From positions 93,771 through 157,770 of the forward strand of contig JACGUG010000001.1 in NCBI GenBank assembly GCA_024256285.1: a stretch of DNA of 64,000 nucleotides, written 5' to 3'. Position numbers and translations under genes: made by a program. The notes beneath the pieces are model-generated. The model did no database searches. It was given only the letters and a program-made list of their open reading frames with translations, and had not been told where the DNA came from. Source of the DNA: an archaeon (lineage in GTDB: Archaea; Thermoproteota; Nitrososphaeria; Nitrososphaerales; JACAEJ01). Below, piece after piece: positions 10,165 to 19,039 of this stretch. Each line of letters starts with the position of its first letter. Positions within the stretch are counted from its first letter, which is position 1.

Positions 10165-10186
10165 CTCCAATGGAAATAAAGGGGTG
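10165..10186 (+). repeat. ORB-like origin recognition box 3
   Basis: CTCCAATGGAAATAAAGGGGTG is identical to box 2 at 17 of 22 positions and is the best match to the TCCAnTGGAAA-N4-GGGG pattern. Confidence 0.6.
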
Positions 10187-10309
10187 TCTTTCTCAAGGTT
10201 AACATATAGATAGAACCAAATTCAACTCTAATAAAGATGAACATCAAGAAACCAACGAATTTTTAGAATTCTTCACAAACTATTCACAATTAAAATTTAG
10301 CTCTACAGC

Positions 10310-10933
10310 TCACTTATACTTCCCTACTAACTCCTTTCCTTTCTCAGTTATCACATAAACATAAGGTCTCTTTTCCTCTTCTCTATCTATATAACCTAAT
10401 TCGAACAACTTCTTCATGAGCCTAGCCGTATACTCTCTCGATTTCTTTATCTTCTGTTGCATCTGCCTTGAAGTTTGAGCTTCTTTCATCAATAATTCAA
10501 GTATAAACTCCTCGGTTGGACTCAACTCCTCTACTTGTTTAACCTCTTTTACTTCCCCTCGTTGCTGAACAGTACTAGGCGTCACTGGTTCACTTTTACT
10601 CAAAGCTCTTAACAGATCCTTCACTTCTTCTAAGACTTTCCAAGTATCGGTACCCCCTCGAGCCTTAACCTCTCCCCCTCCGACTGACACTTTACTTGAT
10701 TGCTCCAACTTTAGCTCTATAATATCTAACCTCACCTGTTGATCCATTATCTTCTGATCCTGCTGACTGAGCCTGTCATGAAGCTCTGAAATTATTCCTT
10801 TAACGATCTCGCCAGCATCCCTTTGTTCTTTGGTAACCCTTCTAATTTCGGGCAAGTAATACACAAGAATTATAATCGAGGCTAATGATGCGATACTGGC
10901 TATTGTGACTATCACTATGTTCTCTAAAACCAA
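10310..10933 (-). CDS. membrane-anchored coiled-coil protein with C-terminal winged helix, uncharacterised
   Basis: N-terminal hydrophobic helix (IVIVTIASIASLASIIILVYYL), a heptad-like middle region and a C-terminal MarR-like YTARLMKKLFELGYIDREEEKRPYVYVITEKGKELV. Confidence 0.55.
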   Translation of the reverse strand: MVLENIVIVTIASIASLASIIILVYYLPEIRRVTKEQRDAGEIVKGIISELHDRLSQQDQKIMDQQVRLDIIELKLEQSSKVSVGGGEVKARGGTDTWKVLEEVKDLLRALSKSEPVTPSTVQQRGEVKEVKQVEELSPTEEFILELLMKEAQTSRQMQQKIKKSREYTARLMKKLFELGYIDREEEKRPYVYVITEKGKELVGKYK

Positions 10934-11027
10934 AATGTTACAAATATAATATCACATAATCATAAATAACATTTTCTACTCAATGATATATACATATTCT
11001 TTATCATGATAAAGTTCGAATCACTAT

Positions 11028-11046
11028 TGTGATATCTTATATCACA
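11028..11046. promoter_or_regulatory. perfect inverted repeat TGTGATAT-CTT-ATATCACA
   Basis: 8-bp arms with a 3-nt spacer, about 95 nt upstream of the start of the 10310..10933 gene. A 12-bp palindrome TTATCATGATAA lies at 11001..11012. Confidence 0.35.
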
Positions 11047-11082
11047 AATAAATTCAATTTGAATTAGTAATACTTCATAACT

Positions 11083-11484
11083 TCATCTCCTCCTTCCTGA
11101 AACCATCTCAACTACACTTTCGATGATCTTGGAAATTTTAAATGCACTTTCCTCTGTGATCTCCTCTTTTACATTCTTTAATAAACTACCTATCTGTATT
11201 AATTTAGATGTCGAACCTTCTTCTAATAGGCCTATATACTCTGCTAGAATCAATGTATAAATCGCTCTTTGTAAGTTCTCTTGTGCTTGCCTTAATGTGT
11301 GAAGAAATGCTCCCTTGCTTACATTCTTCCTATCTCTCATTTTTATCTTCACTTTTAAACTCACTTTTTCACCAGATGTAGTACGATCGATGTAGTAAGT
11401 GTCGAGCTGTACTTTTGTGAAAGACGATCTTTTGAGAAGATACCTGACTGTTGGATCGGTCTTTAACTTTGATTCTATCATCAC
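11083..11484 (-). CDS. hypothetical protein
   Basis: 133 aa ORF with coding-like composition. I recognise no motif. Confidence 0.45.
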   Translation of the reverse strand: MMIESKLKTDPTVRYLLKRSSFTKVQLDTYYIDRTTSGEKVSLKVKIKMRDRKNVSKGAFLHTLRQAQENLQRAIYTLILAEYIGLLEEGSTSKLIQIGSLLKNVKEEITEESAFKISKIIESVVEMVSGRRR

Positions 11485-11691
11485 ACCTTGATTGTTATAC
11501 AGATTCGTATAATTTTATCGGAAATACGATAACACTCCTTGAACTCAATTTTTCTTATCTTAATGATAATTGAACATTTTTATTTTAAATTTAAACATTT
11601 AATCTTAATTATTTTAGAATTTTAATTAGTAAATTATATTGATTGGAAGACCAAACCAATTTATTTACCAATCTCCTCATGATATATCAAG

Positions 11692-11943
11692 GTGTTATTA
11701 TTGGGAAGAAGAAGACGCCGCGTAATAAAAATCGTGAAGAAGGCTCTCCCTAAAGTCTACAGTTGCCCACAATGTGGGACTATAGCGGTGAAAGTTTCTG
11801 TGAAAAAAGAAAACTTAGCAAAGATAGCTTGTGGAAGTTGTGGCTTGAGCTATGAACATCAGTTAAATATAAAGAAGCCACCCATAGATATCTATAATGA
11901 GTTTGTCGACAAATTCCTGTCTGGAAGGTTAGAATCTAAATGA
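11692..11943 (+). CDS. elf1: transcription elongation factor Elf1 homologue (C4 zinc ribbon)
   Basis: Basic N-terminus GRRRRRV followed by CPQCG...CGSCG, with the YSCPQC and ACGSCG spacing typical of Elf1. 83 aa. Confidence 0.65.
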   Translation: MLLLGRRRRRVIKIVKKALPKVYSCPQCGTIAVKVSVKKENLAKIACGSCGLSYEHQLNIKKPPIDIYNEFVDKFLSGRLESK

Positions 11944-12689
11944 TGGGAAAGGTTGAGAGGCACATTAGGGAGGAGATCTCTAAAGACGGTACAATATCCT
12001 TTGCCCTCATCGATTCAGAGAACGCATCTCACGAAAGGATAGCCAGCATAGCTTCCAACGCTGAAAGTTGTGGTGTGAAAAGCATTCTTGTGGGCGGCTC
12101 AACAGCGATAGATCCCTTTGAATTAGATGGTGTTGTCAAGGTGATAAAAAGAGAGGTTAAAGTCCCTGTGATATTGTTCCCAGGCAATGTGACAGGCATA
12201 TCTCCAAATGCTGATGCAATTTTTTTCAGCTCTTTATTGAACTCCGACAACCCGTACTTCATCACCGAAGCTCAAGCTTTGAGTGCATTTTCGATCAAGA
12301 AATATGGATTAGAGGCTATTCCAATGGGTTATATTGTGATAGGTGAAGGTGGGGCTATAGGCTTCATAGGGAGGGCTAGAGGAATCCCCCCCGAAAAGCC
12401 AAGTTTAGTAGCTATGTACGCTCTCGCAGCAAAGTATATGGGGATGAGGTTTGTGTACTTGGAGGCTGGATCTGGTGTGACATCACATATATCTTCTTCT
12501 ATAGTCACTAAAGTTCGTGATATTTTTGATGGTGTATTAATTGTAGGTGGTGGGATCAGAAGACTTGAAGATGCTAAAAAACTCGCTAAAGCCGGCGCTG
12601 ATATTCTTGTAATAGGAACTTTGTTAGAAACTGAAGACTTCGTACCTAAACTTAAAGAGATCGTCGAGGGGATAAAGAACTTAAGGTGA
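11940..12689 (+). CDS. geranylgeranylglyceryl phosphate synthase (PcrB/GGGPS family)
   Basis: 249 aa TIM-barrel protein with ILVGGS, FPGN, YLEAGSG and VGGGIR motifs. Confidence 0.85.
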   Translation: MMGKVERHIREEISKDGTISFALIDSENASHERIASIASNAESCGVKSILVGGSTAIDPFELDGVVKVIKREVKVPVILFPGNVTGISPNADAIFFSSLLNSDNPYFITEAQALSAFSIKKYGLEAIPMGYIVIGEGGAIGFIGRARGIPPEKPSLVAMYALAAKYMGMRFVYLEAGSGVTSHISSSIVTKVRDIFDGVLIVGGGIRRLEDAKKLAKAGADILVIGTLLETEDFVPKLKEIVEGIKNLR

Positions 12690-13012
12690 TTACACTGACT
12701 TCCTTCGAACGTTTTTTTACAAGTCTAAAATATTGGCTAGACACTCCAAAGGCTTACGATAGATGGCCCGATTTTGAAGCATCTTTTGATTCTAAAGAGT
12801 ATCTATTCATTGAACTGAAAGGTGAAAAGGCGCTTTTACTCAACTGTGGAGACTGTGATGGCCCCTCTGATATTTTCCACCCTATATGTGAGAAATGCAT
12901 CGAGTTCAGAACAAAGTTTGCAGAACATGAAACCAAGTCTGAGCCTAATATGTGGCGCCATCTTATTCTCGCTCGAATCTATACTAAGACCGATTATATG
13001 ACTGATCTGTAA
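12686..13012 (+). CDS. small Cys-rich hypothetical protein
   Basis: 108 aa with CGDC-x11-CEKC spacing, a possible zinc knuckle. Its start overlaps the GGGPS stop by 4 nt. Confidence 0.4.
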   Translation: MITLTSFERFFTSLKYWLDTPKAYDRWPDFEASFDSKEYLFIELKGEKALLLNCGDCDGPSDIFHPICEKCIEFRTKFAEHETKSEPNMWRHLILARIYTKTDYMTDL

Positions 13013-13085
13013 TTACATTGTGATCCCATAATAGATCACGGTTGAATGCCTTTCTGAGGATTTTTGTGATCTGTAATATATCACA
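13003..13085. promoter_or_regulatory. cluster of GTGAT-containing repeats upstream of the PolD large subunit gene
   Basis: 11-nt direct repeat TGATCTGTAAT at 13003..13013 and 13067..13077. Inverted repeat GTGATC-N8-GATCAC at 13020..13039. Inverted repeat TGTGAT-N9-ATCACA at 13065..13085. Confidence 0.35.
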
Positions 13086-13171
13086 CTTTTCTAACTCTTC
13101 AGAAATTATGGGCATGTTTTTACATAAACAAACTGATCAAAACTTTTATCCATCCATTAAATAATAAATCT

Positions 13172-16100
13172 ATGCCATTGATCGACGAAGTTCTTGGGCG
13201 GATAAAGACATTCGCACCCTTCCCTGAGGAATATATTGGCTACTATGAAGAGCTTTTGCAGCGACTAAACTCCCAATATAATATCTCATCAAAGGCTCGA
13301 AGCAAAGGCATAGATCCCAAATCAGACGTGGAGCCCAAACTGGCCTTCGATTTAGCAGATCGCATAGAGAATCTAATAATGATCCCTGGACTTGCTAAAC
13401 GGCTTAGAGAACTTCTTTTAACCCGTAGTAAGGAAGATGTAGCTCTACGTCTTGCAGAAGAGGTTGCCCTTGGCAAGTTCGAATTTTTTGAAAAGGAGAA
13501 AGCGTTAGAACTTGCTGTCCGCATTGGCCTTGCCGTAGTGACGGACGGTATTACGGTAGCCCCGATTCAAGGTATCTCTTCCGTGAAGATCAAAAAAAAC
13601 GATGATGGAACGAGCTATGCTACAATATGTTTCGCTGGTCCAATTCGCTCTGCAGGTGGTACCGAGGCCGCCTTTACCCTCGCAATAGCAGATCACATCC
13701 GCAAAGTTTTGGGTCTCGATAAATATAGACCAAACGCTTGGGGCTCCGATGAAGTAGGTCGCTTTTTAGAAGAACTTAGAATCTATGAGCGTGAAGTGGG
13801 TAATTTTCAGTTTAGAGTTTCTGACGATGATATAAGATATGCTCTTTTACACCTCCCTGTAGAGATAGATGGCGTCGAAACGAACCCCGTTGAAGTTGTA
13901 ATTCATAGAGGTTTGAAGAGAATTTCAACAGATCGCGTTAGGGGTGGCGCTCTAAGGGTATTGAACGATGGTGTAATCGGCAGATCAAGAAAGCTACTGA
14001 AGTTGGTAAGCGATCTATCGATCTCTGATTGGGACTGGCTCTCCGAACTTAGAGGTGGACAACAGCAAAGCTCAGAGGAGTACGATACGTCGAGCACACA
14101 TTTTGGAGAAGTCATTTCAGGCCGACCAGTCTTATCCTTCCCAAGGAGAGTAGGCGGTTTCCGATTAAGGTATGGAAGATGTTACAATACAGGCCTGTCC
14201 ACAGTAGGGATTCATCCTGCCGTTGCCGTAACATTGGACTATCCCTTCGTTGTTGGCACACAGGTCAAGTTGAACATACCAAGTAAGGCTGCTACTGTAG
14301 CCTTCATCGATACAATAGAACCGCCTATCGTCAAATTGATAGACGAGTCTGTAGTCAAGATCGAGAACATCGATCATGCTATAAAGATTCACGATAAAAT
14401 TGATAGAATCCTCCACTTGGGGGATATCTTGGTGAGCTTTGGGGACTTTCTTGAAAATAATGTAAGACTCGTTCCATCTGGATATGTCGAAGAATGGTGG
14501 CTACAAGATTTAATGGTAGTGATTAAAGAGAGACACTCCTCGATCGGTGAATGCGCGAAATTTATCAAGATGGACATCGACCGCCTAAAAGAGATAATAA
14601 AAGACCCTATACGCAATTTTCCAAATGCTTTTGAAGCCTTCGAACTTAGCAAAAAGCTAGGCATCCCTCTTCACCCTCGCCATCTGTTCTTCTGGGATTT
14701 AGCATCATCATCTGAGATAATTACGTTAAGACAGAACCTGAGCCTATCATCCGATAAGGAGCCATGTATTATAACTGCACCAAAAAAGCCAGATATAAAG
14801 ACAATCTTGGAGAAGATAGGAATTCCACATAGGATAGTTGATGATGAGTTGATCATAGATGGTGAGCCTGCCTACTCTTTAATGGAGACTTTGAGTTTAC
14901 AGTCTGAACTTAGCCTGGTCAAAGATTGGAAGGATATCGCTGAACTACTTTCATTGATCGCTCACATACCCATAAAAAGAAAATCATCTATCTTTGTAGG
15001 TCTACGCATCGGCCGTCCTGAGAAGGCTATGCCAAGGAAGATGAGGCCCCCAGTCCACACTCTCTTCCCAGTAGGCATCAAAGGTGGTTCGACAAGGAAT
15101 CTGCTTTATGCGGCAAAGGACTGTAAGGTGGAGGTGGAGCTTGCAAACTTGGTCTGCACCAGCTGTGGATCCTCTTCTATCCACATAAAATGTAGTAAGT
15201 GTTTTGGGGATACTGTAATTGTGAAGAAATGTCCGCGTTGTGGTAGAGTTGTGGAGAGCAATCTGTGTCCAACATGTAAAGTTAGAGCTCTATCCTACTC
15301 AAAGGTCAACTTTCCTATCAAGGAAGCGTTAGAAGAAGCTCTATCCAAGGTAAAATGCCGTCCCAGATCTCCTCTCAAGGGTGTTAAAGGTCTCATAAGT
15401 GATATGCGTATCCCAGAACCATTGGAAAAAGGCATCTTACGCCAGAAATACGATCTATCTGTCTACAAAGATGGAACCATAAGGTTCGATGCTACCAATG
15501 CTGTACTGACTCATTTCAAACCGTCACAGATAAGCACCTCTGTTGAGAAACTTAGAGAGCTGGGATATGAAAAGGACACTTATGGTGCCCCCCTTGACTC
15601 AGATGATCAGCTTTTGGAGATTTTCGTTCAAGACGTAATACTACCTGTAGAAGCTGGTCAATATCTATTGAGAACGTCAAAATTCATCAACGATTTGTTA
15701 GTGAACTTATACGATAGCGAACCATATTACAATGCAAATTCTATCGACGATCTTATAGGTTGCCTTATCGTTGGATTGGCCCCCCATACATCTGTAGGCA
15801 TACTGGGCCGCATAATAGGCTTCACAGATTCACAAGTCTGTTTTGCCCATCCATATTGGCATGCTGCTAAAAGAAGAGATTGTGACGGTGATAGTGACTC
15901 CATAATGCTTTTGATGGACGTTCTTTTGAACTTCTCTAAGGAGTTTCTCCCAGCCCAGATCGGGGGGTTGATGGATGCCCCATTGTTGTTGCAGACTATA
16001 ATCATCCCTCGTGAAGTTGATGAACAGGCTCATAACTTAGATGTGGCAGAAAAGTATCCTAAAATGTTCTATGAAGCTTCTATGAAAAACGAACCTCCTC

Positions 16101-16639
16101 ATACCCTTACCAAAACCATAGATATAATTAAGAGTAGACTAAAAGATGAAAACCAATTCTACGGCATAAAATTTACACATGACACAGATACCATCTTTGT
16201 TAAAAGGAATAGGAGCACCTACTCGACCTTAAAGACCTTCTTCGAGAAGCTCGACAAACAGATAGAGCTGGCCATGAAGATAAATGCCGTAGATCCTGAT
16301 GAAGTCGTATCTTCTGTCTTGAAGACTCATATCCTTCCAGACGCCATTGGAAATATGAGGGCATACACCTCCCAAAACTTTCGTTGTAAGTCATGTGGTA
16401 AAAAATATCGCCGCATACCCTTAAAAGGGGTCTGTCTTGACTGTGGTGGAAATTTACAACCAACAGTTACAAGAGCTTCTATAGAAAAGTATCTGTCTCT
16501 TGGTTTAAAGTTGTCAGAGAAGTTTGAAGTGGGTGAATATGTGAGAAGCCGCTTTAAGATCGTATCTGAAGAGATTTCATCATTATTCCTTTCGAAGGAA
16601 GAAGGGACCCAACTCGAGCTTACAGAATTTTTTGGCTGA
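13172..16639 (+). CDS. polC: DNA polymerase II (PolD) large subunit DP2
   Basis: 1155 aa with several Cys4 zinc clusters (CTSCG...CSKC, CPRCG...CPTC, CKSCG...CLDCG) and the HPYWHAAKRRDCDGD catalytic region typical of DP2. No intein is evident. Confidence 0.92.
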   Translation: MPLIDEVLGRIKTFAPFPEEYIGYYEELLQRLNSQYNISSKARSKGIDPKSDVEPKLAFDLADRIENLIMIPGLAKRLRELLLTRSKEDVALRLAEEVALGKFEFFEKEKALELAVRIGLAVVTDGITVAPIQGISSVKIKKNDDGTSYATICFAGPIRSAGGTEAAFTLAIADHIRKVLGLDKYRPNAWGSDEVGRFLEELRIYEREVGNFQFRVSDDDIRYALLHLPVEIDGVETNPVEVVIHRGLKRISTDRVRGGALRVLNDGVIGRSRKLLKLVSDLSISDWDWLSELRGGQQQSSEEYDTSSTHFGEVISGRPVLSFPRRVGGFRLRYGRCYNTGLSTVGIHPAVAVTLDYPFVVGTQVKLNIPSKAATVAFIDTIEPPIVKLIDESVVKIENIDHAIKIHDKIDRILHLGDILVSFGDFLENNVRLVPSGYVEEWWLQDLMVVIKERHSSIGECAKFIKMDIDRLKEIIKDPIRNFPNAFEAFELSKKLGIPLHPRHLFFWDLASSSEIITLRQNLSLSSDKEPCIITAPKKPDIKTILEKIGIPHRIVDDELIIDGEPAYSLMETLSLQSELSLVKDWKDIAELLSLIAHIPIKRKSSIFVGLRIGRPEKAMPRKMRPPVHTLFPVGIKGGSTRNLLYAAKDCKVEVELANLVCTSCGSSSIHIKCSKCFGDTVIVKKCPRCGRVVESNLCPTCKVRALSYSKVNFPIKEALEEALSKVKCRPRSPLKGVKGLISDMRIPEPLEKGILRQKYDLSVYKDGTIRFDATNAVLTHFKPSQISTSVEKLRELGYEKDTYGAPLDSDDQLLEIFVQDVILPVEAGQYLLRTSKFINDLLVNLYDSEPYYNANSIDDLIGCLIVGLAPHTSVGILGRIIGFTDSQVCFAHPYWHAAKRRDCDGDSDSIMLLMDVLLNFSKEFLPAQIGGLMDAPLLLQTIIIPREVDEQAHNLDVAEKYPKMFYEASMKNEPPHTLTKTIDIIKSRLKDENQFYGIKFTHDTDTIFVKRNRSTYSTLKTFFEKLDKQIELAMKINAVDPDEVVSSVLKTHILPDAIGNMRAYTSQNFRCKSCGKKYRRIPLKGVCLDCGGNLQPTVTRASIEKYLSLGLKLSEKFEVGEYVRSRFKIVSEEISSLFLSKEEGTQLELTEFFG

Positions 16640-16811
16640 CAAACATTGGGTTAAAAGAGGAATGTGCATATAAAGAAAGGATAGTAGATATCATCAAAAA
16701 GGCATCTAAGATACATATTTGTAGTAAGGCTTCCATATCTTACACTCCGGAATATCTTCCAACTTTCTAAGGCTGTCTGTGTAAATCCATAACGGGGTCC
16801 CTGAAGCCAAT

Positions 16812-18587
16812 TTAAAGGTTACCTAGGAGGGCTTTAACCTTCTCCTCGTAAAGTTTCAGAGCTTCTTCCATGAACTCCCGAGAAAGCTTTCCATGTGGGG
16901 AAGGAGTTTGAAAAATTCTCTCTGGAATCCGTAGCTTCTTGAAGCTGAAGCCTTCGCGGAACTTGAACTCGAACTTACGTTTCAAAATCTCCCTACCTAG
17001 TTTCTCCAAGTCTGCCGGTGTAAGCTGGTAGCCTAAAACCTTCAAAGCTCGACATACGGTTACAGGGCTGTAGACGCCACGGCCGAAGAAGCATACTATG
17101 AGGCTGGAGAGAATTTGCCTCCAAGTTTCCTCTTGGAAAAGTTCTTCCACGATTTTCCCTGCGGAGGCCTCCTCCCCTGACTTAAGCAGACGCTGGTCAA
17201 GGCTGTATCCTGCAGCGTCTAGATGGCTATGCCGGGCGCCTACTAGAAAGCCCAAATGAGCACTTGGTCCTGTATGGTATCCTGGCATCTCGTTTCCACC
17301 GAAAGCTAGGGCAAACTCTCTGCCACCATAAACCGAGGAGGCATAGTCTACTCCACAAGCTAGAGCGTTGAAGAGCGGTGTTTCCCGAAAGGCCAGCATC
17401 TGGATAGCTTTAACATAGGCTTTATAATCTCCCCAGTTCAGCTTTAGGCCTCCCGTTTCCCCTTCGCCTACGAGGCCACACTGCATGGCTTCGGTGGCCC
17501 ATGCCAAGGCTACTCCTGTACTGATGGCATCCAAGCCCAGACGCTCCACCTCATCTATGACTTTGAGCACTCCTTCGCGGCTGCCTATCCCAAGCATGGT
17601 TCCTAGCGCGTAGATGGGCTCGTAGTCATAGCATATCATCCGGGTCTTGTAGAAGTACGGTTCATGCACATAAGGCTCCCTTAAAGCAGCGATGTGGATG
17701 CAACTTACCGGACAGTGGGCGCAGGCAACTCGGCGGCCCAGATGGTTCTGGGCAAAGGCCTCCCCTGAAAGGGCTTCCGCATCCTCGAAGCGGGTTGAGG
17801 TAAGGTTTTGGATGGGAAGTCCTCCAAGCTCGTTTAGAGGCAGAATATTCATAGCCGTGCCTATGTCGTGATACTTCTTCATGATGCCTGAATCGGTTAA
17901 AGCTTTAAAGATTTTCTGATAGACCTCCCGGTAAAGCTTGTAGTCCACAGGTTTAAGGGAGCGCCTCCCAGAGATTAGAATGGCCTTAAGCTTCTTGCTG
18001 CCGAAGACAGCGCCGAGGCCCAGTCGGCCGAAATGCCTGTAGGTCTCCGTAACCACACAGGAGTAGGTTACCAGTTTTTCACCGGCCACTCCAATCCGCA
18101 TTATGGTTCGAACCCCAGCGCCAGCCTCCCTCTCCCTTATCACCCGGCCTACCGTGTAGCTGCTGGAAGTTCCCCAGATAACTGAGGCATCACGAAACTC
18201 GACGCCATCCTCTGTGACAACCAAGTAGAGGGGTAGGTCGCTGGCTCCCTTAACTACCATGGCTCCATAACCGGCCATCCTAAGGGCTATGGCACTCCGG
18301 CCGCCGGCATAGCTTTCCCCGAGATTGCCTGTGTGTGGTGACTTGAAGAGGGCTACAGTTTTCGATGCTATAGGGAAAAATCCGTTAAGTTGACCTACCG
18401 CCAGAATGATCGGATTCTGGGGTGCTAGAGGATCGATGCCCTGAGGGCACTCTTCCATGAGCAGATGAATTCCTGCGCCTACACCACCTATATATTTCTC
18501 GAAAAGCTCGGAGCGATCCTTGACCCAGAAACGCTTTCGTGACAGGTCGACGTAAAGAACACGGCTGATAGGGTCTCCTATGATCAT
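16812..18587 (-). CDS. aldehyde:ferredoxin oxidoreductase family (tungstopterin) enzyme
   Basis: 591 aa. The N-terminal AOR domain (VDLS...YIGGVGAG) and the CAHCPVSC cluster-binding region are typical of the AOR family. Confidence 0.85.
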   Translation of the reverse strand: MIIGDPISRVLYVDLSRKRFWVKDRSELFEKYIGGVGAGIHLLMEECPQGIDPLAPQNPIILAVGQLNGFFPIASKTVALFKSPHTGNLGESYAGGRSAIALRMAGYGAMVVKGASDLPLYLVVTEDGVEFRDASVIWGTSSSYTVGRVIREREAGAGVRTIMRIGVAGEKLVTYSCVVTETYRHFGRLGLGAVFGSKKLKAILISGRRSLKPVDYKLYREVYQKIFKALTDSGIMKKYHDIGTAMNILPLNELGGLPIQNLTSTRFEDAEALSGEAFAQNHLGRRVACAHCPVSCIHIAALREPYVHEPYFYKTRMICYDYEPIYALGTMLGIGSREGVLKVIDEVERLGLDAISTGVALAWATEAMQCGLVGEGETGGLKLNWGDYKAYVKAIQMLAFRETPLFNALACGVDYASSVYGGREFALAFGGNEMPGYHTGPSAHLGFLVGARHSHLDAAGYSLDQRLLKSGEEASAGKIVEELFQEETWRQILSSLIVCFFGRGVYSPVTVCRALKVLGYQLTPADLEKLGREILKRKFEFKFREGFSFKKLRIPERIFQTPSPHGKLSREFMEEALKLYEEKVKALLGNL

Positions 18588-19039
18588 GAAACTTCCTCCC
18601 TTAAGGGCTCAAGTTTTATGACAATGTAGGGGCAAAACTCGACACAGTAGCCACAGTATACGCATATAATAGGCTTGCCTGCTTCTCCATCCCAGAAGAT
18701 GGCCCCTACAGTGCAGGCTTCCACGCAGTTGCCGCATCCTATACACTTAGCTGGTTGAAGAGTTACCCCACCTGCCTTTCTAACTTTCAACGCGTCTACG
18801 GGGCAGGCTCGAGCACAGGGTGGGTCTAGGCAGGCACGGCAAACCTGCACAATGAGACCTCTCTCGAAACCTCCTGCCGACCTTACGTGGATGGCTGACT
18901 TCAATAGCCCCGCTTCTCCGAAGCGGCGGTTACAGGCGAACATGCAACACTGACAGCCTACGCAGAGGTCTACATCCACCACCTCAAGTCTTCTGCTGGG
19001 ACCACGCTGAGACATAATCGAATTTAAACCTCCAAACAA
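18584..19039 (-). CDS. 4Fe-4S dicluster (polyferredoxin-like) protein coupled to the AOR
   Basis: Multiple CxxCxxCxxxC motifs (CVGCQCCMFAC, CIGCGNCVEAC, CVYCGYCVEFC). It overlaps the AOR start by 4 nt. Confidence 0.8.
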   Translation of the reverse strand: MFGGLNSIMSQRGPSRRLEVVDVDLCVGCQCCMFACNRRFGEAGLLKSAIHVRSAGGFERGLIVQVCRACLDPPCARACPVDALKVRKAGGVTLQPAKCIGCGNCVEACTVGAIFWDGEAGKPIICVYCGYCVEFCPYIVIKLEPLREEVS

